Of a DNA stretch of 64,000 nt, positions 13,138-26,238 are shown piece by piece. Origin of the DNA: Scyliorhinus canicula (lineage: Eukaryota); contig NC_052155.1 in NCBI RefSeq assembly GCF_902713615.1, forward strand, positions 175,559,828 through 175,623,827, read 5' to 3'. The position numbers and the translations under genes are program-made. Numbering within the stretch: the stretch's first letter is position 1; every line of letters begins with the position of its first letter. A model generated the notes under the pieces. That model saw nothing but the letters and a program-made list of their open reading frames with translations, did no database searches and was not told the origin of the DNA.

Positions 13138-13321
13138 GATGTACCATCAATTGAACGCGAGACGAATTGCTGAACAAAAGTATGGCTTTAATCTACTAGA
13201 TGTTAGCCCTGCGGTCGATTACAGTAGAAGGACGACCGCCGGGAGTACTGGGTATTTATACCCTGCCCTGGAGGCGGGGTTAACTCAGCCTCTCGACCAA
13301 TCGGGGAGTCGTCACATGACT
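13137..13321 (-). mobile_element. Truncated LTR, same family as 57890-58174
   Basis: Clear similarity to the first ~180 bp of the 57890 element. Confidence 0.8.
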
Positions 13322-14009
13322 TGCGCAAAGGACTTGGGCCTGGATATTGCTGACCCCAGGCAGAGAGGGAAATGGAATCAAGACCAGTTCTATCGGATCT
13401 TGTGCTCCCCATGTCACATGTCTTTTCCATTATTCTACATTTTCCGTGGTTTCCCCATACACACCTTCCTGCTTCTGAACCTAGAACAGGCGTGGGGACA
13501 GTGCTACTTCGGGACTGGGGTGGGAGGATATGTTCCCAGCTCACCTCCTCCTCCTGACCCTGTTATCCAAAGCAACTGCCAGTGGGTCGCACCCTCAGTC
13601 TGGAGATTGTGAGTGGAGCAGACAGCGAGGCAGAGGGAGCTGCGCAGGTAAAGTGCCCCCTTTCCCCTGCGGCCTCTCAACAGTGTTCTGAGCCCGTGGC
13701 ATTTCCGGCTGTGATTCTCCAACATGTCTTTGGAAACCCCATGGACAATGAGGAGCCCCAAGGATGCACTTCTTTTGACAAATTCCTGGGCAAGAAGCCA
13801 AGGTATGGGCCTTGAAGTTCTTGAATAGGCTGATTAATCCGTTCTATACACTATCCATTCATTTGGGGCTTGGGAATGGAGAGGAGAGGAATGGAGATCA
13901 ATCAAACAGCGGGACAGGAACATCAAGAGGTCTTTATGGAGACACTGTGGCCATGCAGTCAACCATTTATCTTAGCTGAAAGTATCAACCCAGAACTCTG
14001 ACATCATGG

Positions 14010-14332
14010 TGGCGTGGTGGCACAGTGGTTAGCACTGCTGCCTCACAGCGCCAGGGTCCCGCGTTCAATTCCAACCTTGGGTGACTGTCTGTGTGGCGTT
14101 TGCACTTTCTCCTCGTGTCGTGGATGCTCTGGTTTCCTCCCACAGTCCAAAAGACGTGCGGGTTAGGTGGATTGGCTAAGCTAAATTGTCCCTTAGTGTC
14201 CAAAAGATTAGGTGGGGTTACAGGGATAGGGCAAAGGCATGAGCCTGGGTGGGATGCTCTTTCAGAGGGTTGGTGTAAACTCGATGGGCCGAATTTCCTG
14301 CTTCTGCACTGTAGGGATTCTATGATCTATGA
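14010..14332 (+). mobile_element. HE1-like V-SINE
   Basis: Same head, core and tail. Confidence 0.9.
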
Positions 14333-15229
14333 TCTAGTGCTACTAATTGTTACAGACTGGAAGGGGGATGAATTTAAATGGCACTAATTTCTCTTCTCAA
14401 CAACTATCCATAAACAGAAAGGTATTTTGATTTATTTCCCCTTTATACACGGTGGCATATTTCCCAACCCCTCAGTTTTGGTGAAAATTACCCCCACAGC
14501 CAAATTGAGATAGGATGAACACAAAGGGTTAGTTTGTTTGCACACGCTCAAAACACAAAATAGCTTTGCAACATCGCCTTCATATTCAGACAGTGAAGAG
14601 GGGGGTAGAGAAAATAAATATTTACAGAGCAGAGACCACAGAGAAAACAAATATTGCTTCACGTGGGTTCCAGAATCAAAGTTCAATGAGGGATTCCTTC
14701 ACGGAAGGGGGTGGGTTGAAAACCGATGCTGGATAATGGGTAATTCATTTTTCTGAATGTGTTGACTTCACACAATGAGATCGGCACGCAGTGATGAATC
14801 ATTCTTGTAAGCAAAGGTACAGATTTCTCGAAGAAGCAATGTAGGTAGGGCATTAAACCATGCAGTTCAGTGAGGCAATATTACTTGTTCCACAAGCCGG
14901 AGGCCCATGTCACATGACTCCCAGCTCTCCACCATCTTTGACAATGGATGGCTGACGATTCATCGCCTACTGACCAGCATAGATTATTAAATGCAGGTGG
15001 CTCTCTTCGAAGTTGGGCTGTGCAGTCCCCAGGCCGTCATTAGTAGCTCCTCAGGAATAAAAAGGTGTGAGTTTTCCGAAACTACAAAACTCCAGGGACT
15101 GTCACAGTTGCAGTCATATTCAGGGTCTTTGTTCAATTTTTTAAATTTTAGAAATAGCCATGAGGGTATCATATTCTATATTTTATAAAATAATAGTGTG
15201 AGGTCTTAGTCCTTCACACAACCTTGGGA

Positions 15230-15330
15230 GGCAGTCACATGGCGAAACTTCCAGGTTTGGGACAATTGTGATCCGTTGGAGCGCGCGCGTGCGCATATTG
15301 CCATGGAAACCAATAAACCCGCGGCCCAGC
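15230..15330. promoter_or_regulatory. Promoter-like CpG-rich cluster
   Basis: E-box GTCACATG 15234-15241, NRF1-like GCGCGTGCGC 15285-15294, RFX X-box-like ATTGCCATGGAAAC 15297-15310 and CCAAT 15310-15314, in non-repetitive CpG-retaining DNA. Confidence 0.5.
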
Positions 15331-16489
15331 TCTACAGGCCTCAGTGAGCACAGCCCACACGACGCTGTCAGCCCCTGTGGAAGGAAATCTTCTTGCAACA
15401 TGCCAAATTACAGCAGCAACAAATCGAAATATTTTTCGAAATGTCAAAACACCAACCATCGAGAAATTTGATTCACGGAGATGTTGTCACCGTGCCTTCG
15501 GGCCCGGTTCCAGGAAAAGGGAGGCCGCAGTAAGCCTGCTCTCAGAAATCTGCCAGGGGAGAAAAAAACCAACCACATTAAATGAGTCTGCTTGTTTATA
15601 ACGGTAAAAATAAAGCCCAGGCTGAAAACTCACAAGCGATTGTTCGACACACGTTCCTCAGGGTGTTCATTTTCTGCAGGGGTTGACCGTTTATTTATTT
15701 TGCGTGCGCAAAAAATGTAGCACGATCATATTAAGCACTCTCTCACCCGACCTCAGCAATCGGATTTCCTAACCCAGGCGTCGAATTTTCAAAGGGCCTG
15801 ACACCCGGGTGAATTCCGAGACCCGATCCCACACCTGAACTGCACCAGTCCGGCGACACTTCAGAAAAGAAAAATTGGGCGGGAGGTGAATTCATCGCCC
15901 AATCAGGGGAGCTTAAAGGGCCGTTAATGGGCGGCCTGCTGGTTTCCCATCCCCTTCCATCTGCCGGCCGTTTGAAAATTGCAAACTTTCCCGAAGGTGA
16001 TGGGATCCAAAGCCACTTTCCAGGGACACAATTCCCAACCAAATCTCACTTACACTCATTCCCACTCTCATTGGCAATTGGAAATCCAGCTCTTTGAGTC
16101 TAAAATATCAACGTCTTTTGTGGTTTCGCGGCAATCGATGGTGAGAACCATATCAAGCAACACTTATGTTTGCCCAAGCCTACAAACTGATTAACTGCCG
16201 AGCAAGGTTGAAGCTAACCCATGTTAATTGACCAAATAAGGCAGCAACCTTCCATGAGTATGTAAGGGCGAGGGGAGCGGCGCCAACTAGTGGCCTAATC
16301 ACTTTAATTGTCATCATCAAAGGACAGCAAAAAACACTTTTCTCATTATTCCTACCACAGAAAAATTGCAATCAAGTGTTCCCACAATTTACCTGACAGT
16401 TAAAATTAGAATCATTTCACAAAATAGGCTGCATTTGATTTAGCACAAGGCCTTTTCTAATTAAGGAGACTTTTTCTAAATTTGTTTTG

Positions 16490-16688
16490 CAGCACAGTGG
16501 GAGCAGCTCCATCTCTAGGCCCGAAGCTCCAGGTTCAGGTCCACTTGATGGCCATGGAGGGTGCATTCATAACATGGCCAAGTCCTTTCGCTAGGCCTGA
16601 CGGCAGGCAGCAAGAGCAGGAGAATTTCCTGGTCAGCCGCACTGCAGAAGGCAACGGCAAACCACTGCAGTACCTTGCCAAACATAAT
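16490..16688 (+). mobile_element. tRNA-derived SINE fragment (family of 23995-24320)
   Basis: A/B-box-like head; shared acttgatggcc..aacatggccaa segment. Confidence 0.5.
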
Positions 16689-17332
16689 GGGCTGGATTCT
16701 CCTTTCCGGGGACTAAGTCCCCACGCCGGCAGGAGAACCGATGTGAACCACTCCGGCGCCAACAGCCCCCGAAAGTGAAGAATCCTCCGCTCTTCCAGGG
16801 GCTAGGTGGACGCCGAAGGGATTGCGCATGTTTGCGCATGCGCCAAAGGCCGGCGTGATCTCACACATGCGCGGAAGCGCCAGCGCGGTTCTGCACCATG
16901 CACAGACCATCCGCCGTATTCTGGCACATGCGCCAGCCACAGCGGAGCCCGACAGGGGCCGGCACGGAAGGAAGCAGTGCTCCCACGGCACAGGCCCGCC
17001 CACAGATCGGTGGGCCCCGATCGCGGGCCAAGCCACTGTGGGGTCAGATTCCCCCACCCGCCTCCGAGGACCGCCCCAGCCAACGTACCTGCCAGGTCCC
17101 GCCGTGTGGAACCATGCCTAACCCACATCGGCGGGACTGGGCAAAAGTGGACGGCCGCTCGGCCCATCGGGGCCCGGAGAATTACCGGGGGGGGGGGGGG
17201 CATTGTCAACGGCGTGGCGTGAACCCTGCCCAAAAACAGGCACCAAAGAATACGGCAGCCAGCGTCAGGGCGGGATTAACGCTGCCCCCCCGGGGATTCT
17301 CCTACCCGTAGGTAAGTCAGAGAATCCCGCCG
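16689..17332. mobile_element. Harbinger-like MITE
   Basis: TIR gggctggattctc...gagaatcccgccg, 3-bp AAT duplication. Confidence 0.8.
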
Positions 17333-17336
17333 AATA

Positions 17337-17651
17337 TGTTACTGAAGAGCCAGCAGCTGTAATCGGCAGGACTCCTGTCCCTGACGCCTTTCGTAACTTG
17401 AGGAAGCCAGCGGTTAGAGAACAGAGGTTTATTTAACTATCTCCAATATTCTGCTCAAGGCAGCAACTCGTTCCCACTCCAGCCTTGCTGGGAGAACTAA
17501 CCACCCCAGGCTGCTGTGGGCCGGTTTTTATGTTCATTTACAACAAGCTCCTCTGGGTGGCTTCCATCCCCTATCTGGGAAGTTCGTACTTCATGGGTCC
17601 AACAGGGAGATCAACAATGGTTTCCCCGTGGTCCTCGTGAGGGTTATAACG
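17337..17651 (-). mobile_element. Possible solo LTR
   Basis: tgtta...taac ends, minus-strand AATAAA and TATA-like motif; no TSD seen. Confidence 0.4.
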
Positions 17652-18664
17652 GTGACTTTGATCCCTGGATAAGTCCCTCTGCTGTCCGGGTAAGCGCCTG
17701 AGTGCCACTTAATTTGTAAGGCCTCCCCGAATGGAGGGAAGTGAGGCTCTCGTCAGCCGTCTAGCCGGTGGACGAGACTCCCCTCACCTCCAGTAAATAC
17801 GGCCCATTAACTCCGTTTGTCTCATCACAGAGGCTGCCTGACCTGCTGAGCACTGTTTTTTTTTAACCTTACATTTTCAGCATCCGCAGTACTTTGCTTT
17901 TGTGATGAGCAACTTGCTGTTTCCAATAACTTGAAGCACTTTGAAACCGGTCGAGGTAAGTGAAAAAAATGTATTCCTGTGGGACCCAGAGTGCTCCCCT
18001 AAATCTCACTAAGAAAGTGTGGCTGGTTCCTTCCAGTGCCCAGGGAGGCGATTTGGGCAGGTGAGCAGCCTGTGTTAGGATGCTGCGTGTTGCTGAACAA
18101 AGTACACATCCGAATAGCAGCCTCATATAAAGCCTGTTTGGACAGGCCCGAAGGGCATTGTTTCTCCAGGGTGCATCGCCTTATTTTGACATGTGCGCAA
18201 ACTTTGTAATTTATTTCTTTAGTACCACATTCCCCCGCTCCCTTTCCCATCCTTCTTTCACCATCATAATACCCTTCCCCAAGAGTTAGCCTGTGTGTGT
18301 GCCCCCAGGGGACCCATCCACAGTGGCTGTCGGGGGAGACGGCAGAAAACAGATTAGGTGAGGGAGGTGACGTTGATGGTGGCACAAACCCTCTGCTGCA
18401 CCTTAGTTTAGGTGCATGCGCCCGTGCAACAGGCGGCCCAGATCAACACCCGGTACCATGCTGGCCTTGGAACCCTGCAGGCATTGTCCTCAGGCATTGC
18501 CAGGTATGTAGGCCGAGGCTTGTTGTTACAGTTGGCAGCAATAGGCTGCTGTTAGCACTGTGGCTCTGGAAACTCACTGGGAAGCCTTCCCTCATCATGG
18601 CTCGGCCCAATTCTAACCCAGTCAAAACCCACCTCCTTGCAGAGTTAAAATTGGACCTGATATA

Positions 18665-18928
18665 TGATGCGCGATCAATAACTACTGAAACGAAGGAGCA
18701 GTCCGAATTGAAGGCTTTAATCTACAAGATGTTTCCCCAGCAGCTCGAGTACAGAAAGAAGGTTGGCTGCTGGGAATCACGGGTTCTTATACCCCGCCTC
18801 ATTGGGCGGAGCTACCTTACGTACCGACCAATGAAATGCAAACACTTGGGCCAATGAGCAGCGAGCCTTCTCCACCAATGGTAGCTCACACTCCCAGGTA
18901 CCATAGTACCTTTAGTCATACTACCACA
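18665..18928 (-). mobile_element. Solo LTR with 5-bp TSD ATATA
   Basis: TGATG...ACCACA, perfect ATATA flanks, several CCAAT boxes. Confidence 0.85.
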
Positions 18929-19272
18929 ATATACAACTTGAAATTCTGTCAAGCCCCCATCACAGATTGAACTTGACTGTTGGCGAATTATCACTCAGCC
19001 ATTTGGGGGGTAACTTTTAACTTACTGACACTCTGGTAGCTAAGGATTGGGGGAGATGGGGGTGGTCTAGTAGGGCATCAGAGACCAGAAGCCTGGGTTA
19101 GCCCGGGGGTCATGAACATTTAACACCACAGCACCCATCGTCTGTCATTGACAGGCTCCCCACTAAGGTGGCAGCAGACTCGCCTAAACCCAGGCAAGGA
19201 GAGCTCCAGAGGAGGTGACAGGACTGGGGTCTGATCCCTGATCCGACGTATGGGACTGAGGGGCCTGCTATT

Positions 19273-19675
19273 TGTCATAATATACACACAAGTATACGAT
19301 GGTGCACAGACAGACATTGATTGACACACAGGATGACCAATGAACACACAGAACACAGCAGCCAATCACCAGGCAGGACACGGCCACTATAAAGCCAGAG
19401 GGCACTAGTTTTCCCGCTCTCTTGGGATCCAGCCTCTGAGACAGTCAGAGCCTGTGAGCAACAACTCGAACATCCGCCATGTGCTAGCAGGATAGTCTGG
19501 TCAGGTTAACCTCAGGTCTCCAGTCAACTCAGCATAGTGTCAACCCACGTTTAAAGCATGTTTAATAGTTGAGAGTTAATAAAATAGAGTTGCATTTCTC
19601 CAAGTGTTGGAAGCCTGTCTCTCTCACTGCTATGGTAAACGCAATCCTCACAGACCCAGCTTACCCAACACATCC
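19273..19675 (+). mobile_element. Solo LTR related to 29906-30307
   Basis: TGTCATAATAT start, TATAAA, AATAAA, flanks ctatt/gtatt. Confidence 0.8.
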
Positions 19676-20524
19676 GTATTTAGGGAGCTTAGGGGGTTGC
19701 TGTGAGGAAGCCCATATGTTCCCCTTGGCCCACGAGGAGTGCTTTGAAGGCACTACCACCCTGCTCCCCAAAGTAATCCTCATCCTGCTTCGGCATCAGG
19801 GTTTCCCGAGACCTGGGAAAACCCCGTCGCCCACGGATAAACCTGAAGAGCAGGTTAATTCCGAGATATTTAAAACTCATAGTTAAAATGCCAATCCGCC
19901 TCCCGGGAGCTGATTGGCCAGTCGCTTCTTGTCCCACCTCTATGGAAGCCGAAAGTCAGCAAGTTGAAACCGGCATCCTGATGCACAGGGAATTTTCCCC
20001 TATTGACCTTCTCTCAGCCGCAACCAACCCCACCCACCCACTCACGCAAGTCGAAATTTCTCCCTTTTTCCTGCCTGAGTAAGTTAATAGTGTAAGAAGT
20101 CTGTTTTAATCCCCCCTCTTTTGACAAGTCTTCCTCTTCCATTTAAGTGGCGTAAATTCCCTGCTTGGATTCAGCTTTCTGATAAATTATCAGACAGCTC
20201 AGCAAATGTGGCTCCCACGCCGACATAATGTGAGTTACAAAGAAAATAAATTCTCCAAAATATCATTTGTTTTGAAATTATCATTTCTGCCCAGCGACAC
20301 CGTAAACAATTCATATTAAGTGGAGGAAACAGGATTGCGTCATTTATTGTTTCCACCCCGAAGGCCTGATTAAAAATTGGTTTTAAAAAAAGTCACCTAA
20401 CCCAACAGAATTGATGTCACGTTTCAAACTGGATGTGACCCGGATTGCAAAAGGTCAACAGTCAACGGAATCAACCTCCAGATTTTTAATTCAGACAGTA
20501 CACTTCAAACAAGATTTTAAAACA

Positions 20525-20835
20525 TACTTTATTTTCATTCTTTCATGGGATGTGGACGTCGCATTTATTGCCCATCCCTAATTGCCCTTGAAGGGGGCAG
20601 TTAAGAGTCAACCACATCTCTGTGTGGGTCTGGAGTCGCATGTAGACCAGATTTCCTTCCCTAAAAGGCATTAGTGAACCAGATGGGTTTTTACAACAAT
20701 CGACAACGTTTTCATGGCCGTCATTGGACTCCTAATTCCAGATGTTTATTGAATTCAAATTTCATCCTGGTGGGATTTGAACCTGGGATCCCCAGAGTAT
20801 TACTCTGGGTCTCCGGTTTACCAGTTCAGTGATCG
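20525..20835 (-). mobile_element. SINE (second tRNA-derived family; further pieces near 22700, 29450 and 35635-35840)
   Basis: B-box-like ggttcaaatccc on the minus strand; core ggaaggaaatctg..gactccagacccac repeated in the window. Confidence 0.6.
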
Positions 20836-20871
20836 GCCTTCCCAGGGAGATCCCAGCCGAGAAATTCTAAT

Positions 20872-21838
20872 GGCACGATCTAACTGAATTGCAAAAGAGT
20901 CCCATGGCAAGCAGGTTTAACCGGACGTCTCCTGCACTGAAGAGCTCTGGTCATCACACCTATTCAGTGCAGGAGATCGGGACGCCATTTCTAAATTTCC
21001 CCCCCGATCCCTGTCCCTCCGCCCCCCCCTCCCCTCCCATGACGTAACCCCCGGTCAGCCCAAAGCACCAACTCACTTATAAGGGGGTCCACAGCTCACA
21101 CAGGCAAGTCACTCCAGGCCTGATCCCTGGCGCGGGCAGAATGCCAGCCTGGCACCATGTCAGTGCCCCTTCCAGCCAGGGTGCCAGGGTGGCAGTGCCA
21201 AGATACCCAGGTGGCACCAGCAGTGCCAGGGTGTCAGTCTGTCCAGATGGCAACAACCCAGGGGTCTTCGATTCCCAGGCCTGCCCCCCCCCCCCCATTG
21301 TGGAAGTGCTCCTGCCAACTGGCAGCACCACCTGGATACCTTGGCAGTGCCTGGGTACCATTCTGCCCAAAGGGGTCTCCATTCCCCTGAGAGACCCCAT
21401 GAGTGCCATTCCATTTATGGAGACCAGTACTGAACGGCGCTCGCCCGAGGTCTCCAAGGCGAAGAGGATAGATTCCAATGCCTCGATACCTCAGGAATCT
21501 GAACATTAAAGTGAGACTTGCAGTCTCGTTTTAATATGCAGATTTGCCACAAAGTGATCCCGCCCACAATTGGCGGGATCTACATCGTAACATCATGCAA
21601 GATCACTTTAGATTTCACAAGGCTTGGCAAACCGGGTAGATCCTGGGAACGGGGTCTCCCGGCTTCTATCGGCCATGCTACGCCATGGCAAGCTGCTATT
21701 CGGGCGCATCGTGGCCATTCTATCTCGCCCTAAGTGTGTTTAGATAGAGCTGGGAAACTCGGCGACAAAGCCAGGGAGAAACTCTCAGTCAAACCCGCCT
21801 GAAATGACACTTAGAAACTTTTATGTTAGATCGCGCCC
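20872..21838. mobile_element. Harbinger-like non-autonomous element
   Basis: TIR ggcacgatctaac...gttagatcgcgccc; internal (tgcc/ggca)-rich repeats. Confidence 0.7.
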
Positions 21839-22130
21839 ATTGTCTCTAATTACCTAACCTTCTTTCTATAAATACAATTCGGTTAGCCCTATTCACGTAA
21901 ACAATATACATGGTTGGAATGAATTGTGAACTTCTTTTACGACATCTTAATTGCACGTTCTGCACCCAAAGTGTCTATCTTTCTTTGAAACCAAGATTTG
22001 TAAAAACATGATCGCAGCAGTTACATACACACACTAACCCAGACTTGTAACCATTACTGCACCAGATACATACAATACAATATATATCTGAACTTCCGAC
22101 ATTCATCACAGTGTGCATGTTTGAGTGCAT

Positions 22131-22287
22131 NNNNNNNNNNNNNNNNNNNNNNNNNNNNNNNNNNNNNNNNNNNNNNNNNNNNNNNNNNNNNNNNNNNNNN
22201 NNNNNNNNNNNNNNNNNNNNNNNNNNNNNNNNNNNNNNNNNNNNNNNNNNNNNNNNNNNNNNNNNNNNNNNNNNNNNNNNNNNNNNN
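22131..22287. other. Assembly gap (157 N)
   Basis: Run of N. Confidence 1.
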
Positions 22288-22358
22288 GTGGGTGCTGTTA
22301 CAAATTGGATGTCAAAAAGTAAATATGTAATATTTCTTTAAATTACAAGAAAACTTGC

Positions 22359-22606
22359 CTTTTGTCTGTACATTTCGGCGTTCAAGGATGTAAAACTTTT
22401 TTTCTCTTTAAAACGTATCTGTCTCCAGTCAGTCAAGAGGTGGAAAAAGCGGGGAAACCATCTTCCCATCTCTCCTCGAGTTCCCGGTAACACTACTTAG
22501 AACAGTAAAATAACGTGATGGATTGGTTCCTGGAAGATAATTAAATATAGAGTCATTCTTCATAGGTTTCTATCCCTGCCATGGAACCAGCTCCAATGGA
22601 GTGCAT
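22359..22606 (-). pseudogene. GluN-like exon 15 (M4 and start of C-tail)
   Basis: Phase 0 MHSIGAGSMAGI..(fs)MTLYLIIFQEPIHHVILL; compare GluN2 NMAGVFYML..AMALSLITFIWEHLFY. Confidence 0.6.
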
Positions 22607-23067
22607 CTTGGGAAAATCACACAAAATTCTTCTCATGTGCTTCGAGCAGGCAAGAGCTGTCACCCATTACGGTCAATTTTATCGTACCCATACTCCTCAA
22701 GGGCAACTAGGGATGGCCAATAAATACTGGCCTAACCAGCATTATTCCATGAATAAAGAAAAAATGATCAATCGAAATTTCTCCAGTTCTGTAAATTGGT
22801 GCAAGTTTTTTTTTAACTCATTGGGACCATTTTATCCGTACCTGCCAGAGGTGGATTTACAGTTAGTGGGGCACTGTGCGCACCTTCATTTCTGGGTGCA
22901 CCCCCCCCAACATCACCATTCCCCTGCCTTGCCCCCCAACATCACCCGTCTCCACCCACCCTCACCCACAGAACACAAAGGCAGAAGCCATGAAAACTGT
23001 TCATTACTTTGAGCTTCTAAAATAAAATGAGAAACTTTCTTTACTTAGCTTTGTCCTCTTGCCTAAC

Positions 23068-23160
23068 CTTCATCTTTCACTGTTTTGGACTTCCAGTTTG
23101 AAAGCATCGCGTCATATTGCTGAAGAAACTGACCTCGTTATTCGCCAGCTAATAAAATGC
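23068..23160 (-). pseudogene. GluN-like exon 14 (S2 end)
   Basis: 93 nt, phase 0/0: AFY*LANNEVSFFSNMTRCFQTGSPKQ*KMK; conserved-position Cys; acceptor gccctttcag|, donor aag|gttagg. Confidence 0.6.
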
Positions 23161-23994
23161 CTGAAAGGGCAGGCACTTGCACAGTCCATCCCAATGTTTT
23201 TACCAGGTTCTAACTTTGCGAAAATTAGATTAATCTTTTAATTATGAAACTCTGTTTCTGATCGGGGATTTCAAAAAAATACTCACTCTACTCTTCCCCC
23301 TGCCCACTCCGTCCCCCTCTCACAAACTCTACCTCTTCCCGCAACACCCTCACAAATTCTCCCTCCCCCCGCAACACCCTCACAAACTCTCGGTTCCTGT
23401 GTCTCAATACCCCTCACATTCTTCCCCATCCCCTCACAGTACCACCCCCGCCACTCATCCCCTCACACACTCTCCCACCCCCCCCCACCTTCACACTCTT
23501 CCCCATCCCCTAACAGTCTACCCCCCCCGCGCCCCTCATCCCCTCACCTCGCTCGCCTGAGGTCCCTGAGACAGTCTGCTTCACCCGCGTGTGTCATCGT
23601 TGTGGCTGCTGCGCCTCTTCCTCACCTTGGGGCATTGTGTGCCGGTGGGGGGGGGGGGGGGGGGGCACCACGCTTTATTTATCATGGCCAATCCACCTAA
23701 CCCGCACATCTTTGGACTGTGGGAGGAAACCGGAGCACCCGGAGGAAACCCACGCAACTTTTTGCCCGAGCAGTTCAAACTTACGCAACCTTCGATAGTC
23801 TCACACATTTTTTGTTTAATTGGGAAAATTAGTACTTAGGGGATGTCAAATTTAGGTAGCCTATCACAATGGAGAAGCGGCCGCAACCCAGGTCACCCCA
23901 GTTTCCCATATGAAAGGAGAGAGGAGAAAACAGTGACACAATGAACTTAGAAGGTTACATAAGTCAGGTTGGGATAGTAGAGTGTGAATGGGCT

Positions 23995-24320
23995 GAGGGG
24001 AGGTCAGGTGGTGCAGTGAGTAGCAGCCGTGCCTCTGAGCCAGAGGCTGCTGGTTCAAGCCCCACCCCAGGACTTGATGGCCCAGGAAGGTGCGTGCACA
24101 ACATGGCCAAACAGGTCAACCTGCAAATCATTCCAAACACGCCAATAGCTGGCGGTAAGAGTGGGAGAGGCTCCTGCTCAGCCACACTCGAGCCCCTCGA
24201 GCAATAATAAGCCCCTGGCGACAGGCTAGTGGCCTCGTCCGGCAATCACTAGCTATGGAAAGAGATGAAAGTCTGCCTTAACGCCGCACCAGGAGCAGGA
24301 GAAAGATGAAGAAGAAGAAG
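23995..24320 (+). mobile_element. tRNA-derived SINE with (GAA)n tail
   Basis: A box ggtgcagtgag, B box ggttcaagccc, tail gaagaagaag. Confidence 0.6.
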
Positions 24321-24663
24321 GCAGCATTGTGGTTAGCACAATCGCTTCACAGCTCCAGGGTCCCAGGTTCGATTCCGGCTGGGGTCACTGTCTGTGCGGA
24401 GTCTGCACATCCTCCCCGTGTGTGCGTGGGTTTCCTCCGGGTGCTCCGGTTTCCTCCCACAGTCCAAAGATGTGCAGGTTAGGTGGATTGGCCATGATAA
24501 ATTGCCCTTAGTGTCCAAAATTGCCCTTAGTGTTGGGTGGGGTTACTGGGTTATGGGGATAGGGTGGAGGTGTTGACCTTGGGTAGGATGCTCTTTCCAG
24601 GAGCCGGTGCAGACGCGATGGGCCGAATGGCCTCCTTCTGCACTGTAAATTCTATCTATCTAT
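24320..24663 (+). mobile_element. HE1-like V-SINE
   Basis: Same head, core and tail. Confidence 0.9.
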
Positions 24664-24881
24664 GTAAGAAATGGTCTGAGGAAAATGAGATGAGATGAGG
24701 GGGGGGGGGGGTTTCAGCCAACACGGGATTTCACACCCCCTTCATAATTTCTGCAAAATCCCAGCTGAGAAGTTGCAAAAGGCGGAGATACTTAAGACAA
24801 ACCTCTCTTACCCACTCCATATTGGGCTGAATTTTCATTTTGGAAGTTTTGAATCCACCCCCACGGAAAACAGTCACCGAC

Positions 24882-24977
24882 CTGGGATTTTGACCGAAGC
24901 CCAACGTAAATTGCAATGGAGATATGTTCCTTGAGCATTTGAGGTTCTCTTAGAGCTAACTTCAGAGCAGCAGCAGG
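24882..24977 (-). pseudogene. GluN-like exon 13 (S2)
   Basis: 96 nt, phase 0/0, open: PAAALKLALREPQMLKEHISIAIYVGLRSKSQ (compare YGIAL..SP.K..IS.AIL); acceptor ccctcctctgcag|, donor cag|gtcggt. Confidence 0.65.
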
Positions 24978-25342
24978 CTGCAGAGGAGGGTAAGCGACTG
25001 AGCGGGTGCTTCAACTTTGCACCATCTCACCAACTCCTCCCAAAGTTGAAATCAAAAATATAAAAAGTAGCCCAACCACCATTGTTGGGGGAATTGAACT
25101 CTCTGCTGAGGGCAGTCTGTGGCTGCACTCACTCTCAGGAAAGCAGGGAAGGGTCTCCAGGCCTGCATTGAGCACTGGTCTCCCAGCCTGTCCAGGCAGT
25201 TCAATGATATAATAATAATCTTTATTAGTGTCACAAGTTAGGCTTGCATTAACACTTCAATGAAGTTACTGTGAAAATCCCCTAGTCGCCACATTCTGCC
25301 ACCTGTTCGGGTACACAGTGGGAGAATTCAGAATGTCCAATT

Positions 25343-25930
25343 CAACGAACAATCACGTCTTTCGGGGCTTGTGGGAGGAAACCAGAGCACCCGGAGGAAA
25401 CCCACGCAGACATGGGGAGAACGTGCAGACTCCGCACAGAGCCAGACTCCACCCAAGCCCGGGTCCCTGGGGCTGTGAAGCAACAGTGCTAACTACTGTG
25501 CTACCGTGCCGCCCCAGGTTACTGTGAAAATCCCCTAGTCGCCACACTACAGTGCCTGTTCGGGTACACTGAGGGAGAATTTAGAATCATAAAATTTACA
25601 GTGCAGAAGGAGGCCATTCGGCCCAACGTGTCTGCACTAGCCCTTGGAAAGAGTACTCGACCCAAGCCCATACCTCCACCCTATCCCCGTAACCCAATAA
25701 CCCCACCCAATCTTTTTTTTTTGACTATGTAGGGTAATTGATCACGGCCAATCCAACTAACCTGCACGTCCTTGGATTGTGGGAGGAAACCGGAGCTCCC
25801 GGAGGAAACCCACACAGGCATGGGGAGAACGTGCAGACTCTGCACAGACAGTGACCCAAGCCGGGAATCAAACCTGGGACCCTGGTGCTGTGAAGCAACT
25901 GTGCTAACCATTGCGCTACCGTGCTGCCCC
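25343..25930 (-). mobile_element. Two HE1-like V-SINEs (25343-25515 and 25585-25930)
   Basis: Reverse-complement matches. Confidence 0.88.
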
Positions 25931-26238
25931 TCAGAATGTTCCCCCAAAGGTTTAGGAAATCGGAGGCAAACTGGAAAATCCCAGTCAGCCTCGACTGACT
26001 ACCCTTGACCAGGTCCTTAATGAGCCTAATTGGCTGCCCACCTCGTTGGGGTGAGTAACCCGGATGAACTCCAGACCCTCCTCCCCTAAAACGGTTGGCA
26101 CCTGCAACTGGGTCAGGAAACCGGTACACCACCCAGAACCGGTATTTTGGGACCTCGTCAGCCGCCTGACCTTCGAGGTGCCCGAAAATTCTGCCCCATG
26201 CTTTCTTGTAGACTCATGTCAAGAATTTGTCTGAGCCA

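Noticed and set aside
17881-17955. Plus-strand exon with perfect donor gag|gtaagt
   Set aside because: The acceptor lies in a common repeat tail and no convincing reading frame or partner exon was found.
22111-22341. ORFs spanning X residues
   Set aside because: Assembly gap artefact.
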